This document shows, piece by piece, positions 1 to 8,999 of a DNA stretch of 64,000 bases. Both the position numbers and the translations under genes were made by a program. The notes beneath the pieces are model-generated. The model was not told the DNA's origin. It worked only from the letters and a program-made list of their open reading frames with translations, and made no database searches. The first letter of the stretch is position 1, and each line of letters begins with the position of its first letter. Origin of the DNA: Chitinophagales bacterium (GTDB lineage Bacteria; Bacteroidota; Bacteroidia; Chitinophagales; LD1); assembly GCA_044228065.1 (NCBI GenBank), contig JBGAVP010000014.1, positions 23,308-87,307 on the forward strand, written 5' to 3'.

Positions 1-2944
1 AGGCAATTTAAAAACACTGGAGAAGCAAGCCTCTAAAACCAAAAAGTTTTATGAACTGAAAGAGGAATACAAAAACCTATCTCTCATTTTGGCCAAGTTT
101 TCATTACAAGAATACAAGCAAAGCTTTAAAGATTTAGAAAAGCAAAAGCAAGCAGAAGAAGATAAAAAACTGGAGATAGAAACGGGGATTCAAACTGCCG
201 AAGCAGCACTCGAAAAGGAAAAGCTGGATAATGTAGACAAAGAAAAGGCTTTAATGGAAATTCAAAAGAAATTGAATGCCTTAGTGAGTGGGGTAAGTGA
301 GCGCGAGAATGAGCGAAATTTATTGAACTCGCAATTGAAATTTGCACGTGATAAAATGGATACTTCCGAAAAGCAAATTATAGAAGCCAACGACCAAATA
401 GAAAAATTGAAAGTATCTATTGACAAGCTTTCTATAGACCAAAATTCTGAGAATGATATTTTAGAACAACGAAAAGCGGAGTTGACTGTTTTAGAAAAAG
501 ACCTCACTGAAATTCGCACGCAACACAATATTATTAAAGACAATCTGAACGCAGAACAAAAAGCGTATGCAGAAAAAGAAAGAGAAATTTTTGAGCTCGA
601 AAAAACATTGGCGGTAAACAGAAATAGCAATGAAAGTTTACAACGCGATTTGTTCCAAAGTGAAGAGGATACGGTTACTAAACGAAAGGAATTAGAGGAG
701 CTTCAAAAGAATCTGGAAACCTTAAAAGCAGAAATAGAAAAATCGGATTCCAGTCTTCAAAAATTAATTAAAGATGAAGAAGAACGCAAAGTTCAAATCG
801 CAGATTTTGAAGCCTCTGTTGAAAAAACCCGTCAAGAATTAACAGCAGAAACCCGAACCTTAGATGCTAAGAAAAACGAGTACGAACTGACTAAAAGTCT
901 GGTAGAAAACTTAGAGGGATTTCCTGAGTCTATAAAGTTTTTAAAGAAGAATGCCAAGTGGAGCAAAGAGGCTCCGCTCCTATCTGATATATTGTATTGT
1001 GCCGAGGAATACCGCGTAGCTATTGAGAATTACCTGGAGCCGTATTTGAATTATTATGTAGTTCAAAATTTAGAAGAAGCAGTAATGGCGGTGAATTTAT
1101 TGAGCAACTCAGCTATGGGTCGTGCAAACTTTTTCATCTTAGATGATTTTGAAAAGTATGTAGCCAAACAACCTGTGCTCATTGAAAATGCGCGTGCTGC
1201 TACCGAGCTAGTAGAGCTTGATAAGCAGTACACCAAACTCGGTGCGTTTTTATTGGACAGAGTTTTTATGGTAGATGATTCAAAATCTTTTGACGTAGCA
1301 CAATTGAATACCAATGGGCAAAAAGTAGTGCTATTGACTAAAAGTGGAAAGTATATTCGTCAAGATTTCTCCTTGAGTGGTGGAGCAGTTGGTTTATTTG
1401 AAGGCAAGAAGATAGGTCGTGCAAAAAATTTAGAAAAACTAAAAGTAGAAATTGAAAAATTAGAGCGCGTTACGTATCAATTACACACCAAAGTTTCCGA
1501 TACTCAAATAAAAATTAATCAACTTAAAAACGCTACCCAAGCTCGCGAGATAGATACACAAAGAAGCACGCTGAATCAAAGTAATAGCAAGCTTTCTGGA
1601 ATACAAGCCAGCATTCAAAGTTTAATCAAATTCTTAGAATCATCGGATGTAAAAAGTAAAACCATTACCGAAAGATTAGATGCACTTCGCATAGAAGTAG
1701 AAACGGTTAATAGCAACCTTAGCACTTTTAGACAAAGTCAATTGGCGGTGAAAGAAGTTTTGGAAAAAACCGATAAAGAATTTATTGAATTAACGAATGC
1801 TTTAAGTGAAGCTTCTTCTAAATTCAATCAAAAAAATATTGAGTTTCATCAGCAACAAAATCGTGTGAATACTATCACACAAGAGTTAAATTTCAAAAAG
1901 AGTCAGGTAGAAAGTTTCACTACTCAATTGAACAGAAACAACGATGTAATTACTGAAAGCACGTTACTAATTGAGGATAATCAAGCAAAATTAAAGGCAA
2001 TAGAAAGTACTCTTTTAGAGGGGTATGCTGACAAAGAGAATTTCGAAAAAGAGGTTTCGAAAGCTGAAAAAGACTACTACGATTCCAGAACTGTTATTAA
2101 TGAAGTAGATGCAAAATCTCGCGAACAACAAAGAACAAGAGATCAAATCGCATTGGTAATTGCAGGTATCACGGAAAAATTCAATGAGCTGAAACTGAAT
2201 CTGGCTGGACTCCGTGAGCGATTGAATGTAGAATTTGATGTAAATGTAAACGACATTATTAACGAGGAGCTGGACCCTAAATGGGATAAAGAAGAAATCA
2301 ACGAAGACCATCAAAAAATCAAAAAACGCATGGAGGGTTATGGTGAGATAAACCCTATGGCTCTGGAAGCTTTTGATGAAATGAAACAACGATACGATTT
2401 TATAGTAGCTCAGAAAAAAGATTTGGAAGATGCGAAAGGCTCTCTCCTAGATACTATTAAAGAGATAGATGATACAGCTCGCCAACAATTCTTAGATGCA
2501 TTCAATGCTGTGCGCGATAGTTTCATCAGAGTTTTCAGAACCTTGTTCTCGGAAGAAGATCAATGCGATTTGTTTTTGACAAATCCGGAAGACCCTTTGG
2601 AATCGAAAATTGAAATTATAGCCAAACCTAAAGGCAAACGCCCTACGGTGATTGACCAACTTTCAGGAGGAGAAAAAACACTCACTGCTACGGCTTTGCT
2701 TTTCTCTTTGTATCTTTTGAAACCAGCGCCATTCTGTATTTTTGATGAGGTAGATGCACCATTAGATGATACCAATATTGCCAAGTTCAATAAAATCATC
2801 AATGAGTTTTCTAAAGATTCGCAATTCATTATTGTAACTCACAATAAACAAACCATGTCATCCGTAGAAGCTATTTATGGTGTAACGATGGTAGAGCAAG
2901 GGGTTTCGCGCGTAGTTCCTGTAAATTTCAGTAGTTTGAATTGA
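1..2944 (+). CDS. smc: chromosome segregation protein SMC, C-terminal ~980 codons (5' end lies upstream of the window)
   Basis: The frame of ORF 89..2944 stays open back to base 2. Long heptad-rich coiled-coil sequence with a central hinge-like segment. C-terminal ABC signature LSGGEKTLTATALLFSL and Walker B FCIFDEVDAPLDD. Confidence 0.92.
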   Translation, partial: GNLKTLEKQASKTKKFYELKEEYKNLSLILAKFSLQEYKQSFKDLEKQKQAEEDKKLEIETGIQTAEAALEKEKLDNVDKEKALMEIQKKLNALVSGVSERENERNLLNSQLKFARDKMDTSEKQIIEANDQIEKLKVSIDKLSIDQNSENDILEQRKAELTVLEKDLTEIRTQHNIIKDNLNAEQKAYAEKEREIFELEKTLAVNRNSNESLQRDLFQSEEDTVTKRKELEELQKNLETLKAEIEKSDSSLQKLIKDEEERKVQIADFEASVEKTRQELTAETRTLDAKKNEYELTKSLVENLEGFPESIKFLKKNAKWSKEAPLLSDILYCAEEYRVAIENYLEPYLNYYVVQNLEEAVMAVNLLSNSAMGRANFFILDDFEKYVAKQPVLIENARAATELVELDKQYTKLGAFLLDRVFMVDDSKSFDVAQLNTNGQKVVLLTKSGKYIRQDFSLSGGAVGLFEGKKIGRAKNLEKLKVEIEKLERVTYQLHTKVSDTQIKINQLKNATQAREIDTQRSTLNQSNSKLSGIQASIQSLIKFLESSDVKSKTITERLDALRIEVETVNSNLSTFRQSQLAVKEVLEKTDKEFIELTNALSEASSKFNQKNIEFHQQQNRVNTITQELNFKKSQVESFTTQLNRNNDVITESTLLIEDNQAKLKAIESTLLEGYADKENFEKEVSKAEKDYYDSRTVINEVDAKSREQQRTRDQIALVIAGITEKFNELKLNLAGLRERLNVEFDVNVNDIINEELDPKWDKEEINEDHQKIKKRMEGYGEINPMALEAFDEMKQRYDFIVAQKKDLEDAKGSLLDTIKEIDDTARQQFLDAFNAVRDSFIRVFRTLFSEEDQCDLFLTNPEDPLESKIEIIAKPKGKRPTVIDQLSGGEKTLTATALLFSLYLLKPAPFCIFDEVDAPLDDTNIAKFNKIINEFSKDSQFIIVTHNKQTMSSVEAIYGVTMVEQGVSRVVPVNFSSLN

Positions 2945-3013
2945 TAGAAGTGAGATATTAGATAATAGAATACAGAAAAATAATTCACCAAGAAATAAAA
3001 TAAAACCCACAAA

Positions 3014-3868
3014 ATGGCCAACTACAAACTCACAGAGAAGTTCCCAAATAAGACAGCATTTATAACTGGTGGTGGATCTGGCTTAGGCAGAGAGATGGCG
3101 CTAAAACTAGCTGCTGATGGTTGGTCGGTGGGTATTACAGATATTAATGCCAATGCTTTAGTAGAAACAAAAAAGCTGATAGAGGAAAGGGGGGGGAAAG
3201 CTTTTACTTTTACGTTTGATGTATCGGATAAAGTGGCGTATGAAAAGGCCTTTAACGAATTTGTTAGTACTACGGGCAGTTTAGATGTTATCATTAATAA
3301 TGCAGGAGTAGGTGATGGTGGGCTTTTTGGAGAATACGATTTAAAGCACTGGGATTGGATTACAGGCATTAATCAAATGGCGGTTGTCTATGGCTGTCAT
3401 TTTGCTGTATTGCAAATGAAAAAACAAGGGGGAGGACACATCATCAACATTGCATCTGCTGCGGGTTATGCCAATATGCCGAACATGGCTATGTACAATG
3501 TAACAAAGGCGGCAGTTATTTCTTTATCAGAAACTTTGTATGCCGAATTGGTTCCTTTTGGAATTGGTATTTCGGTAGTAATGCCTACTTTTTTCAGAAG
3601 TAATATTATGCAGCACAATCGAGGTCCTGAAGAAGCTACTTCTGTAGGAAAAGTGCTTTCACAAAAAGCAAAAATTACTCCCGATGTGGTAGCTGATAAA
3701 ATTTTATCGCAAGCTGGGGCGGGGAAATTCCACATCTTCCATCCTTTCCAAGCCAATCTGGTATGGTACTTGAAACGCTTTCTACCAAACACATTCTTAA
3801 ATGTAAAAGCCAATATGTTTAAGAAAAAAGATTGGGTACGTAAGAAAATCATGGCAAGAGATAAATAA
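3014..3868 (+). CDS. SDR family NAD(P)-dependent oxidoreductase
   Basis: Rossmann motif TGGGSGLG, NNAG, catalytic YNVTKAA (YxxxK). Length 284 aa. Confidence 0.9.
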   Translation: MANYKLTEKFPNKTAFITGGGSGLGREMALKLAADGWSVGITDINANALVETKKLIEERGGKAFTFTFDVSDKVAYEKAFNEFVSTTGSLDVIINNAGVGDGGLFGEYDLKHWDWITGINQMAVVYGCHFAVLQMKKQGGGHIINIASAAGYANMPNMAMYNVTKAAVISLSETLYAELVPFGIGISVVMPTFFRSNIMQHNRGPEEATSVGKVLSQKAKITPDVVADKILSQAGAGKFHIFHPFQANLVWYLKRFLPNTFLNVKANMFKKKDWVRKKIMARDK

Positions 3869-3878
3869 ATTTATCGCA

Positions 3879-3912
3879 AAAAAAATCCCCACAGGATTGC
3901 TCCTGCAGGGAT
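3879..3912 (-). terminator. imperfect hairpin followed by a U-tract on the minus strand, downstream of the lipoprotein gene 3934..4665
   Basis: ATCCCCACAGGA-TTGC-TCCTGCAGGGAT with a 2x2 internal mismatch. The A8 run on the plus strand gives a U-tract on the minus strand. Confidence 0.45.
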
Positions 3913-3933
3913 AACACCAAACTCAAAATCTTA

Positions 3934-4665
3934 TTACTTCAAGTTTATAAATTTAGTAACGCAAGTTTCTTTTACGAAATAGTATTGCTTTCCGTTAATC
4001 ACTTGACCATTTACACGATAAGGTGCAATTTGAATCACACCAGAATTATTGCCTGTGCCTAGAGTACCTAATTCAGCAGCAGTAAAAGTACAAGATGTAG
4101 TTCCACCCGCTTTTGTTTTTAGAACATTTCCCTTAGGACCAGATATATTGAAAATTACTGAATCACCACTAGTTGAACTAGATGAAGTCAACGTATAATT
4201 TGAACCAACACTAACTTCTGTGCTACTGCTAATATCATCAACATAAGGAAAACTAGAAACATCGTTGTAACTAAAAGCAGCTACACTTCCTGCTCCGCTT
4301 CCTGTCCATGCAGTTGTGCTAGAAGAAAAATCAAGACCTGTAGGAGTAGAAGTAGAAGGAACAAAAACATAAGCATTGCTATTCTTAGTCAAAGCACTTG
4401 AATTGCAAGTCACATTTCCTCCATCTACAAAAGCATTTGCTTTACCAAACCATGCTACAGCAGTTCCTATCTCCAATGGAACACTAATACCTGCAACTGT
4501 TGTAGTTGACTTAGAAATTACGGCTGCAAAAGCTCCATCAGCATCTGAAGGTGGTGTAACGCTTGGCGCAGTTGAAGAAGGAGTAGGAGTTGAAGTTGTT
4601 TTCTTACAAGAAGAAACAGAAGCTACAACCACTATTAGCATAAAGAATGTTGTAATTTTTTTCAT
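3934..4665 (-). CDS. Ser/Thr-rich lipoprotein, unknown function
   Basis: N-terminal signal peptide ending in VASVSSC (lipobox-like Cys), then a T/S/P-rich linker. No recognisable catalytic motif. Confidence 0.6.
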   Translation of the reverse strand: MKKITTFFMLIVVVASVSSCKKTTSTPTPSSTAPSVTPPSDADGAFAAVISKSTTTVAGISVPLEIGTAVAWFGKANAFVDGGNVTCNSSALTKNSNAYVFVPSTSTPTGLDFSSSTTAWTGSGAGSVAAFSYNDVSSFPYVDDISSSTEVSVGSNYTLTSSSSTSGDSVIFNISGPKGNVLKTKAGGTTSCTFTAAELGTLGTGNNSGVIQIAPYRVNGQVINGKQYYFVKETCVTKFINLK

Positions 4666-4771
4666 GAAATATTTTTTGAGTTAGTTAATAACACAAACAT
4701 ATTCACAGAAAAATAGATATTGATGATTTAGTAAGAAAGTCGCTTTTTTAGGCAGAAACCATATTCTAGTA

Positions 4772-6154
4772 TTACTGCTCAGCTTTTAGAATCCGCCACT
4801 CTTTCGGAAAATAATTATTGGACCTATTTTCTAGAACCTTTGCCCAGCCTAGGTTAAAACCCTGAAAGCGAATAAGATTCCACCCTCTTTTTTCACCCTT
4901 TAGACTAACTTGCTCTGCTCTCAAAAACTGTATAGCCATCTCATAGTCCACTTCTATACTTGCCACATCATCTCTAACTATCTGGCTCAATGCTAATTCA
5001 TGAGAAGGAATAAAATCCTTTCCCTTCACCTCTCCTATCATTACTCCACTGTAACGTACAAAAAGATTTTTTTGTAAAAATGCTAAATCAGCAGAAAGGT
5101 GCTGAGGCATTAAGTAAACACGATTTTCAATAAGCTGCATGGTGAAATTTTCAAAGCCCTTTACATAGGTTTTTACCTGTTCTAAAACCAAAGAATTCAA
5201 AACATTCGCAGCTTTTCTAACGGATGAATTCGTATTCTCATCGTTATAAAAAACGGAACTATCTTTCTTCAATATTGAAATAAAAAAACCTTCCCCTCTC
5301 TGTTTGTGAGGATAAAAAGCATAGCCTTCTTTTCCTTGTTTCTGAACTTTTTCTATTGCCCAGTTTTCTGCATCTATGGCAAGTTTCTCGTTGCTTAAAT
5401 TTAATTCACTACACATCCAATTTACCTGTTCTATATTCTCTGAGGGTTCAAATGTACAAGTGCTATAAATTATGTAGCCATTAGGTTTCAGAGCACCTAC
5501 CGCATTTCTTAAAATATCTTTTTGCCGTTCAGAGCAGATTTCTACATTTTTTTCACTCCATTCATTGATAGCGTTTTTATCTTTTCTAAAAAGCCCTTCA
5601 CCACTACAAGGTGCATCTATTAAAATGACATCAAAATAGTTTTCCAGTTTAGAAAAATCTTCGGATTTATTCTGCGTTACAATCACATTTGGGCAACCCC
5701 ACTTAATAATATTCTGACGAAGAATTGAATTTCTTTGAGAAATCAACTCATTGGTAACAAGTAAACTTTCTGAATTCAAAAGCGATAACAGATGCGTACT
5801 TTTGCCGCCAGGCGCTGCACATAAATCCAATACTTTTACTGATTTATTTTCAGGCACAATTTGTTTCCAAACCTTTTCTAAAAACATAGAAGAGGCCTCT
5901 TGTACATAGTAAGCGCCTGAATGAAAAAGGGGATCGAAAGTAAAGGAAGGTCGCTTATCTAAAAAATATCCATTCGTACTCCAAGGGATCTGTTCACCCT
6001 TAGGAAATTCAGCACCATTTGTATGGGATCTTTTAAAAGGATTTATGCGTATAGAAGTAGTGACATCTATATCCAAAGCATTTAGAAAAGTATCGAAATC
6101 TTGCCCAAAATGCAACTTCATTCGCTCTAAAAAAGCAGGAGGATAAGTAGTCAT
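4772..6154 (-). CDS. rRNA (cytosine-C5)-methyltransferase, RsmF/RsmB (NOL1/NOP2/Sun) family
   Basis: SAM motif LDLCAAPGGKSTHL, motif IV DAPCSGEG, motif VI YSTCTF. Confidence 0.85.
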   Translation of the reverse strand: MTTYPPAFLERMKLHFGQDFDTFLNALDIDVTTSIRINPFKRSHTNGAEFPKGEQIPWSTNGYFLDKRPSFTFDPLFHSGAYYVQEASSMFLEKVWKQIVPENKSVKVLDLCAAPGGKSTHLLSLLNSESLLVTNELISQRNSILRQNIIKWGCPNVIVTQNKSEDFSKLENYFDVILIDAPCSGEGLFRKDKNAINEWSEKNVEICSERQKDILRNAVGALKPNGYIIYSTCTFEPSENIEQVNWMCSELNLSNEKLAIDAENWAIEKVQKQGKEGYAFYPHKQRGEGFFISILKKDSSVFYNDENTNSSVRKAANVLNSLVLEQVKTYVKGFENFTMQLIENRVYLMPQHLSADLAFLQKNLFVRYSGVMIGEVKGKDFIPSHELALSQIVRDDVASIEVDYEMAIQFLRAEQVSLKGEKRGWNLIRFQGFNLGWAKVLENRSNNYFPKEWRILKAEQ

Positions 6155-6187
6155 AGAACTAAATTAAATAAACCGCTAAAACAGTTA

Positions 6188-7150
6188 TTACTTCACTGAA
6201 AGTTCCTTTAAACTTACTGGGCTAACTCCTACCTTTCTACAAACCTTTGCGGCAGCCATATTGGAGAGTTGCGCTATTTTTTTAAAAGGTAGTTTCTTTA
6301 CAAAAGCAAGTGTAGCAATGCTTATAACCGTATCGCCTGCACCAGAAACATCTGCTGTTTTTATAGGGCGAGCAGGAACAATATAAGATTCTCCACTTTG
6401 TTCGTAAATAAAAATGCCATGAGCACCTAATGTAAGCAACAAATTGTCGAAGCGATTTTTCTTCTTCAAATCTTCTGCTGCTCTTCGTAAGCTATTAATA
6501 CTTTTTGGATCAATTTTATGTTGCAGCGCTTCTGCCAACTCTTTAATATTGGGCTTAAACAAATCTATTTGTTGATACTCAAAAAAGTTGTACTCTTTTG
6601 GGTCTACTGCAACTGGAATCCCTAGTTTAGTAGAGAGCAACAATACTTGCTTGATTATTTTTTTAGTTAGAACGCCCTTGTTGTAATCTTGAAGAATGAT
6701 AGCATCGTATTTGTCTTTGCGCAATAACTCTATCAACTCTGCCAACATTTTTTCTTCCAACTCTTTTCCAATATCGGCATCGTCTTCTTTATCAAATCGA
6801 ACCACCTGCCTTTCATCGTCAAAAATTCTTGTTTTTAAAGAAGTAGTACGATTTTCAGAAACAATTACATGACCAGATTTAACTCCATTTTTTTTGAGCA
6901 AACTCATGAAATCATGCCCAGTTTTATCATCGCCAATTACCGTAAGCAAAGTAGGCTTTGCCCCCAATTGTAATAAATTCAAAGCCACATTGGCTGCACC
7001 TCCTAAGCGCGATTCTTCGCTCTCTATATCTACAATAGGCACTGGTGCTTCTGGTGATATTCTGTTGATTTGACCAAACAAATAATGGTCGAGCATTACA
7101 TCTCCTATTACTAAAACTTTCACAGAAGAAAAGTCAAAAATTTCGGGCAT
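6188..7150 (-). CDS. PfkB-family sugar kinase of the RfaE/HldE domain I type (D-glycero-beta-D-manno-heptose-7-phosphate kinase-like)
   Basis: N-terminus VLVIGDVMLDHY...RISPEAPVPIV is typical of RfaE domain I. C-terminal DVSGAGDT kinase motif. Confidence 0.8.
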   Translation of the reverse strand: MPEIFDFSSVKVLVIGDVMLDHYLFGQINRISPEAPVPIVDIESEESRLGGAANVALNLLQLGAKPTLLTVIGDDKTGHDFMSLLKKNGVKSGHVIVSENRTTSLKTRIFDDERQVVRFDKEDDADIGKELEEKMLAELIELLRKDKYDAIILQDYNKGVLTKKIIKQVLLLSTKLGIPVAVDPKEYNFFEYQQIDLFKPNIKELAEALQHKIDPKSINSLRRAAEDLKKKNRFDNLLLTLGAHGIFIYEQSGESYIVPARPIKTADVSGAGDTVISIATLAFVKKLPFKKIAQLSNMAAAKVCRKVGVSPVSLKELSVK

Positions 7151-7180
7151 TTTTTGTTGGTTATTCAGTTCAAAAGTAAA

Positions 7181-8380
7181 TTAATTCAATTTAGCCAATG
7201 CATCTTTTAATCGCTTACATACTTCTAACAATTTTTCTTCGGATGCAGCATACGATAAACGAATACAAGTTTTATCTCCAAAAGCCTCTCCATTTACCAA
7301 TCCTATCTTGGCTTCTTGTAATAAATAAGCACTCATATCCTCTGGAGAATTCACTACAAATCCATTATTACTTTTTCCAAAATAAGCACTCACATCAAAG
7401 AAAAAATAAAAAGCACCTGCTGGCAAATTGGTTTTTAACCCAGGAATGTCATTTAACAAACCATACACTAAATCTCTTCTCTTTTTAAACTCCTTCACCA
7501 TATCATAAGTAGGAGTTAAATCTTCTGTAGCAGCTGCAATGCCCGCCATCTGTGCAATAGAGCAGGTTCCCGAAGTAATTTGCCCTTGTATTTTATCGCA
7601 AGCTTTAGCTATCCAAAGTGGAGCAGCTATGTAGCCTAAACGCCAGCCCGTCATAGCAAATCCCTTACTAAAACCATTCACAGTAATTACTTGTGCTTTC
7701 ACCTCTGGAAATTCAGCAAGGCTTGTATGTCTTTCTCCTGTATAATTTATAAACTCATAAATCTCATCACAAATCACAAATATATTGGGGTACTTTACCA
7801 CAACTTCAGCGATTGATTTCATTTCCTCGCGAGTATAAACAGAGCCCGTAGGATTACAAGGCGAAGAGAAAATAATCAACTTTGTTTTGGGAGTAATATG
7901 CGCTTCTAATTGTGCCGCAGTCACTTTAAAATCGGTATCAATAGTGGTTGGTATTTCTACTGATTTACCTTCTGCTAAATCTGCTATGGCAGAATAACTC
8001 ACCCAATATGGTGCAGGCAATAGGACTTCATCGCCCGGATTAATTAAACTCAAAACTACATTAGCGATAGACTGTTTCGCTCCTGTAGATACAACAATCT
8101 CATCTGCGGTATAATCTAGATTGTTATCACGTTTTAATTTAGTTACTATTGCTTTGCGCAAATCCAAATACCCTGGTACCGGAGTGTAATGGGTGTAACC
8201 TTCATCTATAGCGCGTTTGGCAGCATTTTTAATATGTTGTGGAGTATCAAAATCGGGTTCACCTATACTCAAATCTATTACATCGTGCCCTTGTGCTTTT
8301 AATTCACGAGCAATCTTTGCCATCTTTAAAGTGGCCGATTCTTGCATAGTATTAATTCTTTCGGAGAGTAATTCTTTCAT
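7181..8380 (-). CDS. class I/II pyridoxal-phosphate-dependent aminotransferase (aspartate aminotransferase type)
   Basis: PLP-lysine motif NGFSKGFAMTGWRLGY. SSPCNPTG segment. 399 aa. Confidence 0.9.
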   Translation of the reverse strand: MKELLSERINTMQESATLKMAKIARELKAQGHDVIDLSIGEPDFDTPQHIKNAAKRAIDEGYTHYTPVPGYLDLRKAIVTKLKRDNNLDYTADEIVVSTGAKQSIANVVLSLINPGDEVLLPAPYWVSYSAIADLAEGKSVEIPTTIDTDFKVTAAQLEAHITPKTKLIIFSSPCNPTGSVYTREEMKSIAEVVVKYPNIFVICDEIYEFINYTGERHTSLAEFPEVKAQVITVNGFSKGFAMTGWRLGYIAAPLWIAKACDKIQGQITSGTCSIAQMAGIAAATEDLTPTYDMVKEFKKRRDLVYGLLNDIPGLKTNLPAGAFYFFFDVSAYFGKSNNGFVVNSPEDMSAYLLQEAKIGLVNGEAFGDKTCIRLSYAASEEKLLEVCKRLKDALAKLN

Positions 8381-8502
8381 ATCAAATTCTATTTGTTATT
8401 TGTGCGCGAAAGTACAAAACACTATGGTTATAGTAGAATATTTTATCCATATAGCATCCACAATATTTTCATACAAAAAAGTTTTACTAAAATTGTGAAA
8501 CC

Positions 8503-8985
8503 ATGAGTACCAAAAATCAAATAGATAAACTACTAATATCTCTGGATATAGAAGATAAAAATGCACTATTCATTATTATGGCAAAGGATGGAACCCTTTG
8601 CAGAAGAGGAAATGGAAGTATAACAGAAAGAGAAATGCCTTTGCTAAAAACAACATCTTATGATGGGCATTTTGAAGCCATGATGATGACTGTTCAAGAG
8701 GAAACCTTAGCCTTTGCAGGAGTTTATGAACAAGAGCCCATCTTGGGGAAGAATTGCAAACTGATGATTGTTTTTAATGGAAGCAACGAACTAGACCTAA
8801 GTTTTAAATGCAGTTATGGGCAAGATTCACAAGGTCCTCCGAGCGAACTAGCACAAATGATTATTAATGCAGTGAAAATAACCGACCCTTGGTATCACGA
8901 AGAGCGCGTAAAGATACTTTCGGATGAATTGTTACTAAAAACAAATCCCACCAAAGACAAGCAATGGTGGGAAGTTTGGAAATAA
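8503..8985 (+). CDS. hypothetical protein
   Basis: 160-codon ORF in an otherwise empty interval. No motif recognised. Confidence 0.5.
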   Translation: MSTKNQIDKLLISLDIEDKNALFIIMAKDGTLCRRGNGSITEREMPLLKTTSYDGHFEAMMMTVQEETLAFAGVYEQEPILGKNCKLMIVFNGSNELDLSFKCSYGQDSQGPPSELAQMIINAVKITDPWYHEERVKILSDELLLKTNPTKDKQWWEVWK

Positions 8986-8999
8986 ATCTAAAATAAATC

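Noticed and set aside
126-2829. Five antisense ORFs inside smc (126..347, 262..630, 1063..1314, 2015..2389, 2560..2829).
   Set aside because: They are shadow frames of a Lys/Glu-rich coiled-coil gene. They have low-complexity Phe/Ser/Leu-rich translations, no start context and are fully nested in a confident gene. The same reasoning applies to the other nested antisense ORFs in the track (for example 3022..3369, 10171..10434, 26164..26412, 28716..29616, 36349..37161, 50292..50627, 58917..59327, 60174..61350).
3189-3196. G8 homopolymer inside the SDR gene as a phase-variation switch.
   Set aside because: The tract is in frame (E-R-G-G-K) in an ordinary cytoplasmic oxidoreductase. There is no alternative frame product or surface function. 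It is noted only because such a run is rare in AT-rich DNA and would be a first place to look for indel errors.
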